Source: Callorhinchus milii
Lineage: Eukaryota
DNA: 64,000 nt
Reading direction: 5' to 3'
NCBI RefSeq assembly: GCF_018977255.1
Contig: NW_024704746.1
Span: 1,116,001-1,180,000 of the forward strand
The notes beneath the pieces were generated by a model. The model worked only from the letters and a program-made list of their open reading frames with translations, made no database searches and had not been told where the DNA came from. The position numbers and the translations under genes are program-made. How positions within the stretch are numbered: the first letter of the stretch is position 1; every line of letters begins with the position of its first letter. Of this stretch, positions 12,530 to 25,515 are shown piece after piece.

Positions 12530-13735
12530 ATGATACAGTGCTTTCACATCAGGAGGATGATTCATAGCACTTCACAGGATTTACTTTAAAGGTCAGTGAC
12601 TGTGTATTTTGTAGGTGAGCAAAGCAGCCAATGTACATGACAAAGTACATGACAATGTCCCACAAACAGTTATGAAGTCAATGACCAATTTTATCCAATG
12701 TAGACCAGGACACCAGGAGAAACTCCCTTCTTTTTTCGAACATCCATCTGAGCAGGCAGAGGGGACCTCGGCTTAATGTCTCATCAGGGCCTGGATGAGT
12801 GCAAACTTCCTGCAGCTGAATGTGGACAAGATGGAAGCCATACTCCTTAGCTCCTGTTAACTTCTTCACTCCTGCGGATCTAAACTCCTCAATCTCCCTG
12901 GGCTCTCCCTCAGACTCACCGAGCCAGTGCCCAACCTAGGCGTATGGTTCAACCCCAGCTGTCCTTTGTTCCCCACATCCAGTCCCTGATCAGGACCACT
13001 TTTTTCCCCCTCCGCCACATTGCCCGCCTCTGACCGTACCTTACCCTAAATGCAGCCGAAAACCTTGTGCATGCGTTTGTCACCTGCCGCTTGGATTACT
13101 CAAATGCACTCCTCGCCAGTCTCCCCAGCTCCACTATCCAAAAGATTCAGCTCATTCAGAACTCTGTCACTCGAACATTGACCCCGACCAAACTCCGTCT
13201 CACCAGCTCTGCCCAGACTACACTGGCTCCCCATCCCCAAACAGATCGAATTCAAGATCCTCTTACTATCGTGTTCAAATCCCTTCACTCCCTGGCACTC
13301 CCTACCTCTCCTCACTTTCCAATCCACCACCCAAGCCTCCGTTCGACTGGCCCTAGCTCCTGCTCCTCCCCCCCCACACTCTTGGAGGTCGCGCTTTCAG
13401 GCAATACGCCCTGAAACGCTGGAACGCTGTCCCTCAGTCCCTCCGCTTTCGCCTCTCTCTCCCTTTTTTCAAGTCTTGCCTGAAAACCTTCCTCTTTGCT
13501 TACCATGCTTACAGTCACCTCTCCGCCCCCTGGCTCGAAGTCAGACTCCGCCACTGTTAAGAGCTGTAAGATGCTACTGTGGAGGGTGCTATATAAGTGC
13601 AAATTGTTATTTTTGTTGAAGACTAGCACACTGACAATGCAGTGCTCCCCCAGCACTGTGCTGGTAAAGGTATTGGCATGAGACATTGAACAAGACTCTT
13701 AAGTTGGTCTTGAAGCTCACTTGACTCAGTGGGAG
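12530..13735 (-). mobile_element. DeuSINE split by the 12790-13618 L2
   Basis: CCAGGACACCAGGAGAAACTCCCTTC..GGGACCTCGGCTTAATGTCTCATC before the L2; AAGACTAGCACACTGACAATGCAGTGCTCCCCCAGCACTG after it. Confidence 0.8.
12790..13618 (+). mobile_element. L2 LINE, 5'-truncated and degenerate, inserted into a DeuSINE
   Basis: WMSANFLQLNVDKMEAILL, NLGVWF, HAFVTCRLDYSNALLASLP..IQKIQLIQNS, FKSCLKTFLF; tail TATAAGTGCAAATTGTTATTTTTGTTG; DeuSINE sequence on both sides. Confidence 0.9.
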
Positions 13736-14052
13736 ATGGGGAGGAATTTTCCAGGCAGACTTTTTTGCCCCCAAATTGGCCATGGGGGTTTTTGTTTCTT
13801 TTCTTTTGACTGAATGGTCAGAAACATGTCTGGATATTGCTCTGAGATGTCCCTGAGTCCCTCTACCTTTTGCCTATTCCTCCCCACCTACAAAACCCAC
13901 CTTAAGACAATCTCTTTGACTGCATTTCCTCTCCCTCCCAGCATGTGATTGTCCTTCATTTATAGTAGATATTCCTTCCTGTACATTCCTTCTGAGATTT
14001 CCATATGAATGGATGTTTCAGCATGTTGGTTGCTCGTAGCCCAGAAAGTTGG

Positions 14053-14412
14053 GGTCCTGGTAGCTCAGTGGTTAGAGCACTCACCTCACAAGCGAGAGGA
14101 CCCAGGTTTGATTTCTGGGCAGGGCAAAAACTTAGGCAAGTTTCCCTACTCCAAATGGCTTTGTTTACCTAGCAGCAAATAGGAACCCGGTTGCTAGTCG
14201 ATTGGCGGATCGCTTTACCGGGGGTAATAATCCCTTAAAAAGAATTTGGGCATTCAATCCATGACTGTTTGTGGGATGTTCCTGTGCACAATTGATTGCC
14301 ATGTTTCGCCCACAAATATACAATCAATTCACTTTGCAGTATATTCTGTGAAGCGCTTTGAGACATCTCAATGACATGTTAAGGCGCTACATCAAATACA
14401 AGATTATTATAT
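14053..14412 (+). mobile_element. tRNA-derived SINE (family A, TTA tail), full length
   Basis: Pol III A box TAGCTCAGTGG, B box GGTTTGATTTC, central GGCAAGTTTCC..GTTTACCTAGCAG domain, L2-like hairpin AAGCGCTTTGAGACATCTCAATGACATGTTAAGGCGCT, TTA tail. Confidence 0.92.
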
Positions 14413-15245
14413 ATTATATATATTAAGGTGCAGAGAGATTATATTTGGTACCAAATACCGTCCCCAGATATACCGTCCCAAGATATCTCGTCGAAGGGAA
14501 GAGCAGATGTTCGCTCCTTCTGATGATTCCTCCAAGAATCTGAAATGCAGTGGAAATAAAGCTGGTGCCAAGCTCACCATGCTCATTCAATCCTCATCAT
14601 ATATAATCTATACAACAAAATACTAAACACGAGACCAGGAGGAATAGCAGAATTGTACATGCATGCAATTGCCCGTGAGATTGCATGCAGAGCAATTGGA
14701 ATCCATTGCTCCAGTCTGCTTTCCATTACATTGGAAGCAACATAAATGACTTCATCCATCAGACTATTTTTACAATAAACTGTATAGAGGACAAGATGGT
14801 ATCCTTTTGTTAATCACAACAAACAGAAGTGTAATAAAATATTTTACAATATTATTGCACATGTCCTTTTAATTTTCTAAAGCTTTGGACTTTTTTTAAA
14901 AGTATCATGGAAGAGTGTGTATCTTTCATTCTCAAATGAATCTCCATTCGTTACTGCACATGGTTTAAATGTTCTATATTAATTGGCTGTGGGATTGACA
15001 AGGAAATCAGTAGAATCAAATAATACTGTAACCTTTTAAACGGATGATATTTATGAAGGTCATAAATATCATCCGTTTAAAACCATCTCCTGAATTTATT
15101 TCTTGCAATTTTTTGCCACGTTCTCTCTCGACTTTGCATGCTGACCTAAGGGGTATGATTTCATTGTGTCTATTATTCTCCATTCCAGTAATTCAACCAA
15201 GTGAACATTCTCCATGTCTGAATCCAGTCAGTGAACATTGGCAGG

Positions 15246-15385
15246 GTGTGGCAGCTTGGCTCAGTTGGAAACTAACACTCAGCCTCTGAGTCACAAGTTT
15301 GTGGGTTCATGGCCCAAATTGCAACTTTGAACTCAGGTAGCGTAGACTTACAGTTCAGTGCAATGCTGGGGAGAGATGCATTGCA
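15246..15385 (+). mobile_element. DeuSINE 5' part
   Basis: CAGCTTGGCTCAGTTGG..CCTCTGAGTCACAAGTTTGTGGGTTCA. Confidence 0.7.
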
Positions 15386-15894
15386 TCACCACCAAGGCTG
15401 ATACTCACCTCATCAGCACACACCAGATTATTCATTGACCGTGTGTTGCTCCTTTAATACTATGGGGACTGAAATATAGTCTTAATAATGCCACAGGCAA
15501 TTGGACATTGTGGCACCTGGAAAGTGACGTAAAATGCGGTTGAGCAAACGAGAGATAGAGCCACAGTGTGTGTGTGTGTCATGTGACCCCAGTGAGAGTA
15601 ACCCACAGTGATGTTATGGTTTTGTTTACACTGACCTGCTTTGCCCATTTTGTGCCAGATAGAAGGGAATTACATGTTTTTGTGACTCGACCACTGAAGA
15701 GTTACAGCTCCACATGACAGGGGGAGTAGCTGTGTGATTGATTCCGCAGATGGTTGCCTGGTTATTTACTCCATAGGATTGTACATCACAGCATCATTGT
15801 CTGGGATTAACAATTTAAGATGGCAACTGCTCACTCGCTTGTGGTGTTTCTAGAAGTAGCCATTCAAATGGTTCATATGTTCGATTGATTAGGC

Positions 15895-16006
15895 AATAAT
15901 AATAATCCTTGCATTTGATACAGCACCTTATCCCATCATTGAGACGTCTCAAAGCGTTTCACAGAATATACTGTAAAGTGAATTGACTGTATAATTTGTG
16001 GGTGAA
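15895..16006 (-). mobile_element. SINE A tail
   Basis: Reverse complement of the family tail. Confidence 0.85.
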
Positions 16007-16339
16007 ATGATACATTAGGGGAGGAAGGAAGGGAGATAAGATATTCACCAATCCTGTCTACACTACTGTCCACACACATCTCCACTTTTACAGGGCTCAC
16101 TGCATGATGCTCAGGTTACTGCAATTTCAGGAACAAAAACAGCCTTGGCTCTGTTTCTGTGTTACAATATTATATGTTTCATCAATATACGTGAGTAATA
16201 ATGCACAGCACATCACAGTGCATAGATTTTTTTCCTAGGCCCTATCAGGTCTGATCAAGCCAACAGAATTCTAAGTATCCTTGGAGGAAAATTTCCACCT
16301 GGGCCCAGATTTAATCGGTTTCTGTAGCATTTATTTATT

Positions 16340-16495
16340 CCCATATCAAGACCCTCCTCTTTGACCGCGCCTTCAGTCATGCTCCTGCCCTCCACCCCTC
16401 CTGATCCCAAACCCCAGCTCGGGTTCAAATCCCTGACTGCCCAGCAACTTTGGGACGTTCTCTTGATGTGAAGAGCACAATACACGTGTTGTTAT
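16340..16495 (+). mobile_element. L2 3' end
   Basis: CAAGACCCTCCTCTTTGACCGCGCCTTC...TTTGGGACGTTCTCTTGATGTGAAGAGCAC...GTTGTT. Confidence 0.8.
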
Positions 16496-18463
16496 TTCAA
16501 CATATCCAAAATTTAGCAGATTCTTAAAATCAGTATTAATTCTGAACCTATTTTTCCTGTAAGTTCTTCTGAGAATAGCAAAAAAACTGAATTGAAATTT
16601 AAGACTGAAATTAAGAGATCGACTTGGTTGCTCTGAAATGCTACATAAATAGGAGTGAATCCAGACCCAGGTGGAGTCGATCCTCTTGTCCTTAAGAGCA
16701 CTGATAACTGAGAAGGTGGCGGAAAGGAGCTATTTTAAGAATTATCATTTGGTTAGAATGATAAAGATCGCAATCGTGTCACTGACCTGTGCTGGTGCCT
16801 GTGCCATCTGTGTGTGCTTATTTTACCTCTTTGTGTGCTAGGCAGAGAAAACCCATTTAAGCTGTCAGAATCAGTGCATTCGTAGCTTTGATGGGAGTTC
16901 TGATCGGTTACGAATATCTCTGCATGTCTTATAGATGCAGTGAGATTTACTGGATCAATAACTAAGTCTTCATAACCGTACTAGCAGCCGTTGCGAAGCA
17001 GAGCATTAAGATCAACAAACACTGCTCTCTGCTTCTGACCAAGAGTTAAGTGAGGCTGATAAATACTTGAAGAAACTTGAGAGTGCTTTGCACATAAATT
17101 GTCCGTTTATAGGTTTCATTTCTTACAAGCTCCAAATGGCTATGTTTTATTGTGATTTTTGACATTTTCCTTCTTTTCCTGTTTCGCCTGCAATTCAGAA
17201 AAGTTGTAAACACTTGGCAGTCCTGTTCTCTGCCCCCAGGCCCCAAACATTGTCAGATTGCCAAGAGAACAGAGCCGGACAGGCCCGATGGTACATAGTA
17301 CTCAGAGGGACTCGTAAAGATAGTGTTTGTTTGTTTTTGATCTGTCTTCAGATCTGACCATAGAACACTCTACAGGGAAATGCAACTTTTTTTAAAAAAA
17401 ATAAATGCTTCAAGATTGTTAAAACATTCCAGTAGTCTGGGTTTTGTTTTTGCATGTCATTGGCTTTCTTGCCGAGGGAGTACAATATTATAAGAACGCT
17501 CAAATAAATTTTTTTCTCTACTTCTGATGAAATGCACATTTTTGACGTTTCAGATTGTATCTTGTTTTTTTGAAGGCTGAAATGCGCCCGATTGAAGGCA
17601 GGTAGATGGAGGAGCGGGGGGTGGGGTGGGGAGAGGGAGGGAGGAGAAGAGGGGAGAGGGGTTGCAAACAATCAAAAAGGGGTCTCTATAATGTGGGGCT
17701 CTATAATGACCTCTTCCTGTCTTATCATGCTTTGTATTTTCAGGGGAACAATTTGCTTAAATTGCGTTTGTTTATGTAAGAGCGAGTCTTCAATTCAGTT
17801 AAACTGGCATTTGTCCTTTACAATGGGAAATCAAAGGTAGGAATTCTTCTCAGAAGCTTCAGTGCAACAGTCACTGTAGATAAGTTGCTGCATATTGAAA
17901 AAATACACAAGCCCGTGAGATTGGACACTTCACAGCCAAAGGTTCAGAATTGCAACACAGGGCGCTATATAAACGCAACTTGTTGTTGTTGTTGTCTCCC
18001 TGTTTTCAAAACCTTCGAAACCCTATGATGTGACGTCATTCAACAGATATGTAAATATTGCTTGGTAGAAGTTGTGCTAATGAAGACGAAGGCTGAGATA
18101 TGTCACTATTTTCACTGTAGTTCAGGGAACTTTTATTAATTATATAATTAAGGGCACCTGTACATTTTAACATTCATATGACAATCCACCCTCAAATTTG
18201 ATTTCCGTTGGTTATCAAAATAATAATAATCCTTACATTTGATACCCAAGGAAGACATCTCAAACTATTCACAGGGTATATTTCAAAATGTAGTGATTCC
18301 GTATTTTTTGCGGCGAATTTGCGCACAGCTATGCCCCCAAACAGCGATTAAGTCAATGGCTAATTTTATTTGTTTATATAAAAATGTAAGAATTGTCACG
18401 CCTGTAAAATACATTAGGAAACATCTTTGCTTTTGTTAAATAAATGTAAACCAGATTGGGTAC

Positions 18464-18950
18464 GTGTCAGTCAGCTTGACTCAGTTAGCAGCACTCTCAC
18501 TCCCGAGCCAGATGGTTTGAGTACCTACAACAACAACAACAACAAGATTGCATTTATAGAGCACCTTTCAAGTCGGGAGGACGTCCCAAGGCGCTGGACA
18601 TTGGAACTTGGATCTTATACAGTTAAGCTGACATACCAGTGCAGTTTGCTTCATTGTTGGAGGTGCCATCAAATATTAAATCAAAGCCTGATCTGCCAGT
18701 TCAGTAAGATCCCATGGTACTATTCGAAAAGAAGAGGGAGTTTCTCTCCCAGTGTCCTGGCCAACAATCCCATCAGATAAAATTACTCATTCACTTCATG
18801 GCTGATTGTGAGACTTTGCTTTGTGCAAATTGACTGCTGTGTTTATCTACGAAGTACACAGTCACTACACTTTTCTGCAGGATTTCCTGTGAAGTGCTTT
18901 AAAGCAGCCTCCCGATGGGAAAGGCTGTATTCAATGAAAGGGTTATTAAT
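18464..18950 (+). mobile_element. DeuSINE, near full length, interrupted by an L2 tail
   Basis: Head, GGAGGTGCC, AAGATCCCATGGTACTATTCGAAAAGAAGAGGGAGTTTCTCTCCCAGTGTCCTGGCCAA (Deu domain), shared SINE tail. Confidence 0.88.
18527..18597 (-). mobile_element. Isolated L2 3' tail (about 70 bp) inserted in a DeuSINE
   Basis: (ACA)n AGATTGCATTTATAGAGCACCTTTCAAGTCGGGAGGACGTCCCAAGGCGCTGG. Confidence 0.85.
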
Positions 18951-19356
18951 AGGATGGTGGAGCTAGCCGATCAGGGTGGCATATTGCTAATTACTGGAAG
19001 ACTCAACACTTGTTACTCCTAATCATTGTATATGGGCAACCAATGCCTAAAAATGTGATGATCTTTCTGAGGCTTTTTGTTAAACTTATGAACTGATTTT
19101 GTTTTTCTAAGACAAATAACAGGTCGATTTACGAAACTGAAATCTGTTTGCAGTGGCCCAGATCTGTGACTGAGTGAGCATTCCGAGCCATCATTATTTC
19201 CAGTCGTAGGAAACAACAAGGATTTAATTGCATGTTGGATGTGGTTCTGGCTGACGGCTATTTCAAGTGCACGAGTAGCAACCTCAACCAGTCTGTTATT
19301 CTGAGGCCAAGCGAAAGGTCCACCACATGGGATGGTATAGCCATGAGCTGGATCTA

Positions 19357-19770
19357 GCAACAACAATTTGCATTTATATAGCGCTGCTCACACAGGCTAG
19401 CATCCCAGAGTGCTTCACAGTAGCGGAGCACGGGTGGTGAGGGCAGGTAACCTTGGCACAGTCGAATAGGAAGGTCTTCAGGCACAACTGAAAATGTGGA
19501 AGGAGGGGGCAAGGCAGAGGGATAGAAGAAGAGTGTTTCGGGGGGTAGTGACTGAAATTGTGTCCATTGATGATGGAACAGAGGGCACAAGGGACATGCA
19601 GGAATTCAGAGCTAGTCGAGCAGAGGCAACGGGTTGTGGGTTGGGGAGTAAGCATGTCAGAGAGGTAAGAAGGTGCCAGGGCATGAAGAGATTTGAAAAC
19701 GAATGTGAAAATCTTGAAATCAATCCATTCGGCAATAGGGAGCCTAGCAGAGCAGAGGGATAGGCTTGGT
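19357..19770 (-). mobile_element. L2 LINE 3' fragment
   Basis: (CAA)n tail plus TTGCATTTATATAGCGC; minus strand LKTFLFDCA; TTGAAATCAATCC (IDFK) near 19715. Confidence 0.8.
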
Positions 19771-21449
19771 CAAGTCAAGCTGATAGGTAAGTCAGGCTTG
19801 GTGTCCATGAAACAATCAGAATTGTGAAGCTGTATTTAATTGTCATATTGGCATTTGGCTGAGATATGTCCTAACCCAGGAAGGAAATAAAGAGGAAACT
19901 AAAACCACGTTAGCAATAAGTCTGCTTTTCATTCTCCCTTTCCTTAACGTCTGCTGAAATGATATGAAATTAGATGAAAAATTCTCTTTTCCGCCCCCCA
20001 AAATTCCTTGATTAAAGCTATTTCTGATATAAACATGAAACACTTTATTTATTATGCTCCTTTAATTTCTCATCATCGTTTCCTACTGCTTTCTTTTGAA
20101 GAGTTCTTACAGTGGAAACTCAGTGGCAAAATGTCCCCCCATTGCATGGATCCCTGGGACATTACAAATACCAAATACATATCTTACAGCCAGATAACAG
20201 CTGGCTTGGAAACTGTATACATTTTATTGGGTTTCTTACCAAATCATCAATAGCCCCGTAAACAAATTACACCTGGGCTCACAGTCATACCAGTTAACAG
20301 AACTGGAATTGATTAGTGTTCCCTTATCACCATGAATATCACATTATTTCATTTCAAAGAAGGCACAATGAAATGCATACTTCATATCCAGCATGTAAAT
20401 TAACAACACAGCTGAAATGTATTACTGACTGACCACATACATTGATTAGGTAATACCATTTCTACAGAGGCATTAAAATGCGTCATGGTTTATTTAGTGA
20501 TCTTAAGTCCAAAGCTGTGACAGCAAAGGCATTGTAGACTGTGGCAGATCCTAGTTGAGACCACCCAATGAGATAATTGAGCAGCAACAATATCAGCAAT
20601 AGTCTATTATTGGGAAATAATCCATTGCACAAGTAGTCTGGGCATGAAATGAAGCCAAGTATCTCAGCTATGGTACATGTACATGTGTTTCTATCAATTG
20701 ATTGTTACGTTACTAGAGGTATGCTTCAGAACATGCAACACCAATTAATTAATTAACTATGGTTTGGTATTTTGACATGACATTCCTGTGCTATTGAATA
20801 ATGCAATCCTACTTTTGTTAAACAATGTGTGGTGTGGTCTAAAAATCAGTAACCGCAATATTTATTGAGCTAGAACAAGTGTACACCTTAGCGCTAAGGA
20901 CAAATATACATTTCTAAATTTGTCGGACATAGAATCATAGACATTAAGTGCTAAATAACCTATTTAGTTTGTCTTCCTAAGAAACCTACCCAGTTTAGCC
21001 AAACGTTTCTCAGAGCCATTTCAAGTCACACTTTCTTCTCTCTCGCCACAGGAGGATTTGATTTTGGACATGGTACTCATTTTATTGATCACAAAGGAGA
21101 TCTAAACTACATTCCACAGTGCAGTAACAAAAAATTCAACACTAAAGTGGCATTAATTGGCAACGTCATTCTGACAGTTGGTCAGAGTGGGAATGTGAAC
21201 AGTGGAACAATGGATTTACACATTTGAGGTTAATGACTCAGAGAGTTTGCAGAAAGAGCTTAATCCTGACATTTAACCTGTATTATACCTGATCTGGAAA
21301 TATCTTGCATAGACACTGGGAGCAAAAGTTGGAAAAATATTCCATTCGTAGTATTGATGTCATTTATCTGATTTAACAATTTAAGAAGACCGTTTTGTTG
21401 TATGCTATTTGGTGCACAAAATTGGATCTCTTTGCAAATGGCCCATCAC

Positions 21450-21720
21450 ACTTGGAGAACAACAATTAGACAAGCTGGGGCTCTTCATTCCTGACAAATC
21501 AGAGGGGACCTTATAGAGGTGCATTTAATTTTGAATGGGATTGAAAAAGTAAACACAAAAGAATAAGATGCACCAAAACAGAACAAGGAGAACAAGAAGA
21601 CTTATATTTAGATTTGCAAAGGATGTCAGGATGGACACCAGGAAGTTTTTCCTTTTTACCAGATGGTAATTGATGATGGTTCAGGTTGAAGGAATGGTGG
21701 TTAAGGACAGGATGCTGGAT
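21450..21720 (+). mobile_element. Degenerate CR1 LINE ORF2 C-terminal fragment
   Basis: From 21501: RGDLIEVHLILNGIEKVN, preceded by LDKLGLF and followed by FF..Q.V.-like sequence (CR1 RGDLIEVYKI motif). Confidence 0.75.
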
Positions 21721-23281
21721 TTGTATATAATAAGAAGAATCATTGCATTTGATACAATGTTTATCACGTCTTCGAGAATATACTGTAAAGTGAATTGACT
21801 GTGTATTTTGTGACAGTAGAGTGGGTGTTCTGGAAGGATAAGATCAGACAGGAGTCAAAGGCTCTTCTTCAATCTTGTGAACAAACACAAATTAAATTTC
21901 AAGGCTTCATAAAAGATTTTTTTGAAAATATATGTTTATTTATAAATATAATAACTAGCACAACAGAAATCCAAATCAAACACATCTTCTGTCACACTTT
22001 TTCCCCGATAGAAAAAATATTCTGTTGTTTACAGTACATTCCTTCACCACACATAGGTTGTGCAAACGTTTTTTTTTGCGAGGTTCTCTTTAATTGCCTT
22101 TAACACATTCAGCAGTTGCCCCTGTGCTCACCCCCACACAGTCTGATAAGACTCAAGGTGTTGGATAAGTTAAAACCATTGCACATCTTTATGTCACACT
22201 TCATTGTTATTACAATTCTAGTGTTAGTTCTGTGTGAATGTCTGCTTTTTATTTGTTATGCATTGGAAAAGAAACATGGGGAAGTAATATTGGTGCTGTA
22301 AGTGTGCATGGTATCACAAATGGTTTAAGTTATGGTTCAATCCAACGAATGGAATCCTAGATATTCCAAACTTTAAATCTCAACAAAACTATTTTGTGAA
22401 GCCTTTCTAAGATTGCCATTTAAATTGCATCCACTCTGCGACGTGGAGGTACTTTATCTTTATCCCAACTCTATCGCAACAAGACTGCTGGGAAATCAGA
22501 TGCAAGTTCCACCAGAATGCTAAAGAAATCAGAGGAAGAAATTTGTGGGTTCAAGCCCCAATTCAGGACTTGAGCTCATAGTTCAGGTTGACCCTTATCT
22601 AATTGGCCATTCACCTCATGTCTCAGGAGAGCCTCAGGAGCAAAAGAGAGAAAACTAATTACAGTGCCTTTGATCCTTTGTAAAAGTCTGAGCATTTAAT
22701 GTAGTTTGTACCTGAACCACATGTTTTCATTATGAAATTTCACACCAGTTAGTACACTATCACATCTCCGTGAAAGTCAAGGATTACTTATTAAAAGCAT
22801 ATGTTCTCTTCACTCCATTGATGGCTGAATCACGATATGCACCAGACATTTAGAATCATCGGTACAGAACAGAAGGAGGCTCTTTGCCCATTGATTATTT
22901 TAGATCATATCTTCTTAAAAAACTCTGCCTTCTGGTGTCCTGACCAACATTCCTCCACATTAAATTTGTCATGCACCTCACGCCTGTTGTTGGGATTTTT
23001 GTTGAGTACATAATGTTTGCCGTGTTTGCCTGCAAATGTCCTACCACTATTCTTGCAGCAATCACATGAAGTGCTTTCAGATAATAATAATAATCCTTGC
23101 ATTTCAGATGTCTTGAAGTGATAAACGCTGTGTCAAATGAATGGATCATTATCATTAATATTTGCTCCCCAAGCAAAGATAGAATGAAGCGTGATCGCAT
23201 GAATCACGACCCTGGCAATCACACAAATATCACAAATATCAAGGCGCAGATAATAGCAATCCTCGCATTTGATATAGTGCA

Positions 23282-23567
23282 TACAGACTCTGGCCTGCTC
23301 CAAGTCCCCCGCCCTACCCAGGCCACCCAATCAATGGCAGTTGGGCCTTCAGCCTTTCTGCCCCCACCCTTTGGAACTTCATCCCAAGATCCCTCTCCCT
23401 TGCCCTTTCCTTACCTCCTTCAAGGCCCGACTTAAGACCCTCCTCTTCGACCGCACCTTCGGTCACCCTGCCCTCCACCCCTCCCAACCCCCAGCTCAGG
23501 TGCAAATCCTTGATTGTCCAGCGCCTTGGGACGTGAAAGGCGCTGTACAAATGCAATTTGTTGTTGT
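23282..23567 (+). mobile_element. L2 3' end with shortened tail hairpin, nested in a SINE tail
   Basis: SGLLQVPRP..., FKARLKTLLFDRTF, AGCGCCTTGGGACGTGAAAGGCGCT, (TTG)n; interrupts a minus-strand SINE tail (23250-23281 and 23568-23700). Confidence 0.9.
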
Positions 23568-25304
23568 TATCATGTCATCGAGACTTCTTGAAGCGCTTCG
23601 CAGGATATACTGTGAAGTGCAGTGACTACGTATCATATGCAAAATGAGGCAGCCAGTTACGCACAGTAATGTCCCACAAAGAGGCATGGAGTGAGTGACC
23701 AATTTTTTTTATCTGGGGGATTGTTAGCGCCATGGGATCTTTAACATCCACCTGAAGAGGTAAATGGGACCTTGATTTAATGTCTTATCCAAAAGACAGC
23801 GTTATATCAATGACAATATGGTGAAAGCAGCAGGAATGCACTTTACCCCATTTTGAAAATGACTGAGATTGACAAATGTCTAGTTATGAAAAATAATCTT
23901 ATTATATATATACATATATAAACTATCTTCTCTTATTTCAAAGGCCTTTTAAGTCCAAGCGTGTGAGGGTTTGTTTGGTTTTCTTGTTTCGGATCTACAG
24001 TAGTTTTGAATGGAAAATCATCCAAGGCTGAACTAATACATTCAGTATTGTATTCCACTTGAAATCCATTTCATCTGAATTGACTTCTTTCCCCACCACC
24101 TAAAATAATAAGGCTGAATCACTGATATGACAATGCTCCACACACAGTCCAAGACGTGAAATAGTTCTCTTATAGTTCACCGACAAAATACACAGCCACT
24201 ACACATTACAATAAATCCTATAAGAACATTGAAATGTCTTGGCAACATGATAAAGTGCTATATCAAAAAGCAGTGAGTATTATTATTATTATATATAAAA
24301 CACACAGCTAATATTATTTGCAGTAAATCCAGTGAAGCCACACCCTCCAAAGGTGAAAGGTGCTGAGGTAACGTTTATTCATGCCTCTTTTATAATACAC
24401 CTTTGGTGACTGTGCCTTGCTGATATCAACTATAAAGAATATTATTTATAGTTTGTATTCAATGTGAGATTTCACCCCTCCTATGTCTACAATTAAGTTC
24501 CCCAAAAGACTCTTAAGAGACAGCATAGATCACTCCTCATCACAAGACTAGTTGCTGCAAGCATTGCACTGGGAAATATTACAATTGTTAAGGCCTGAAA
24601 TATTGCAGTATCCAGACTTCTAAAACATGTGGTTAATATGGCTAACAAATATATGGCATTAAAATGATCATCACCTGTTCTGGACTCAGTAAAGGTTTAA
24701 TCATGTCCTAAACACTGTGAGTGACAGTGCTAACAGATAGAAGGATTCAGCTGGACAGTACTACTGTGCTGTGCAGTTAATCAGTTTTTTAAAAAAATCT
24801 AAAATAAAGGCTCTTAATGTATCATAAGTTAATACTGTTACAGGCTGTAACACATTCAGAAACTGCGATAAGCACTTCTAACAACATCTGTTATACATTG
24901 GGTATCGTAGAACTGGAAATATGTTACAGGGCAGGAACACATCAAGGGACTCAGATAATGTCATAAACCACAGGTACAAAGCCTTAGCATCTATCAACGA
25001 CATATGAATGCCAAAAGGTGCTATAACCTCCAAATGCACTCCTTCTGTATTACTCTTTATACACACATGTGGCTGTGGGGAGCTTGATCCACTTTGTGCC
25101 ACATCTTTCTCGCACAAGCAGCAAATACAGACTGAAACCTGCTGTGAACTGCAACAATTTTAACATGCACTTTCAACTGAATAAATGTTTGTTGCATGGT
25201 GCAGGCAACTACTGTAGTTGATCACAAGGTCACAAGAGAGGTTCGAATGGAGAAAGTCCTTTGGCATGTTTCCTTCCAGAATACTAGCTCTACCCCCTTG
25301 CTAG

Positions 25305-25515
25305 AGAATGGAGTTTCTCACAGTGTCCTGGCCAATAATCCCTTAGCCAAAGTTGGTCATTTACTTCATCGCTGTTTGTAGGACAATGCTGGGTAGAAAT
25401 TGGCTGCCACGTTCACGGACAATATACATAATCATTACATATCACAGTAAATCCTGTGGAGAGCTTTGAGAAACCCACTGGGGGTAAAAGGCACTATATC
25501 AAATACAAGGACTAT
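25305..25515 (+). mobile_element. DeuSINE 3' half
   Basis: GGAGTTTCTCACAGTGTCCTGGCCAATAATCC...AAAGGCACTATATCAAATACAAGG. Confidence 0.75.

Noticed and set aside
14053-14125. tRNA gene (also at 30383, 42770, 53870, 55725, 59334, 60591)
   Set aside because: A/B boxes and an anticodon-like arm are present, but the acceptor stem does not close properly and each continues into the same SINE body and tail.
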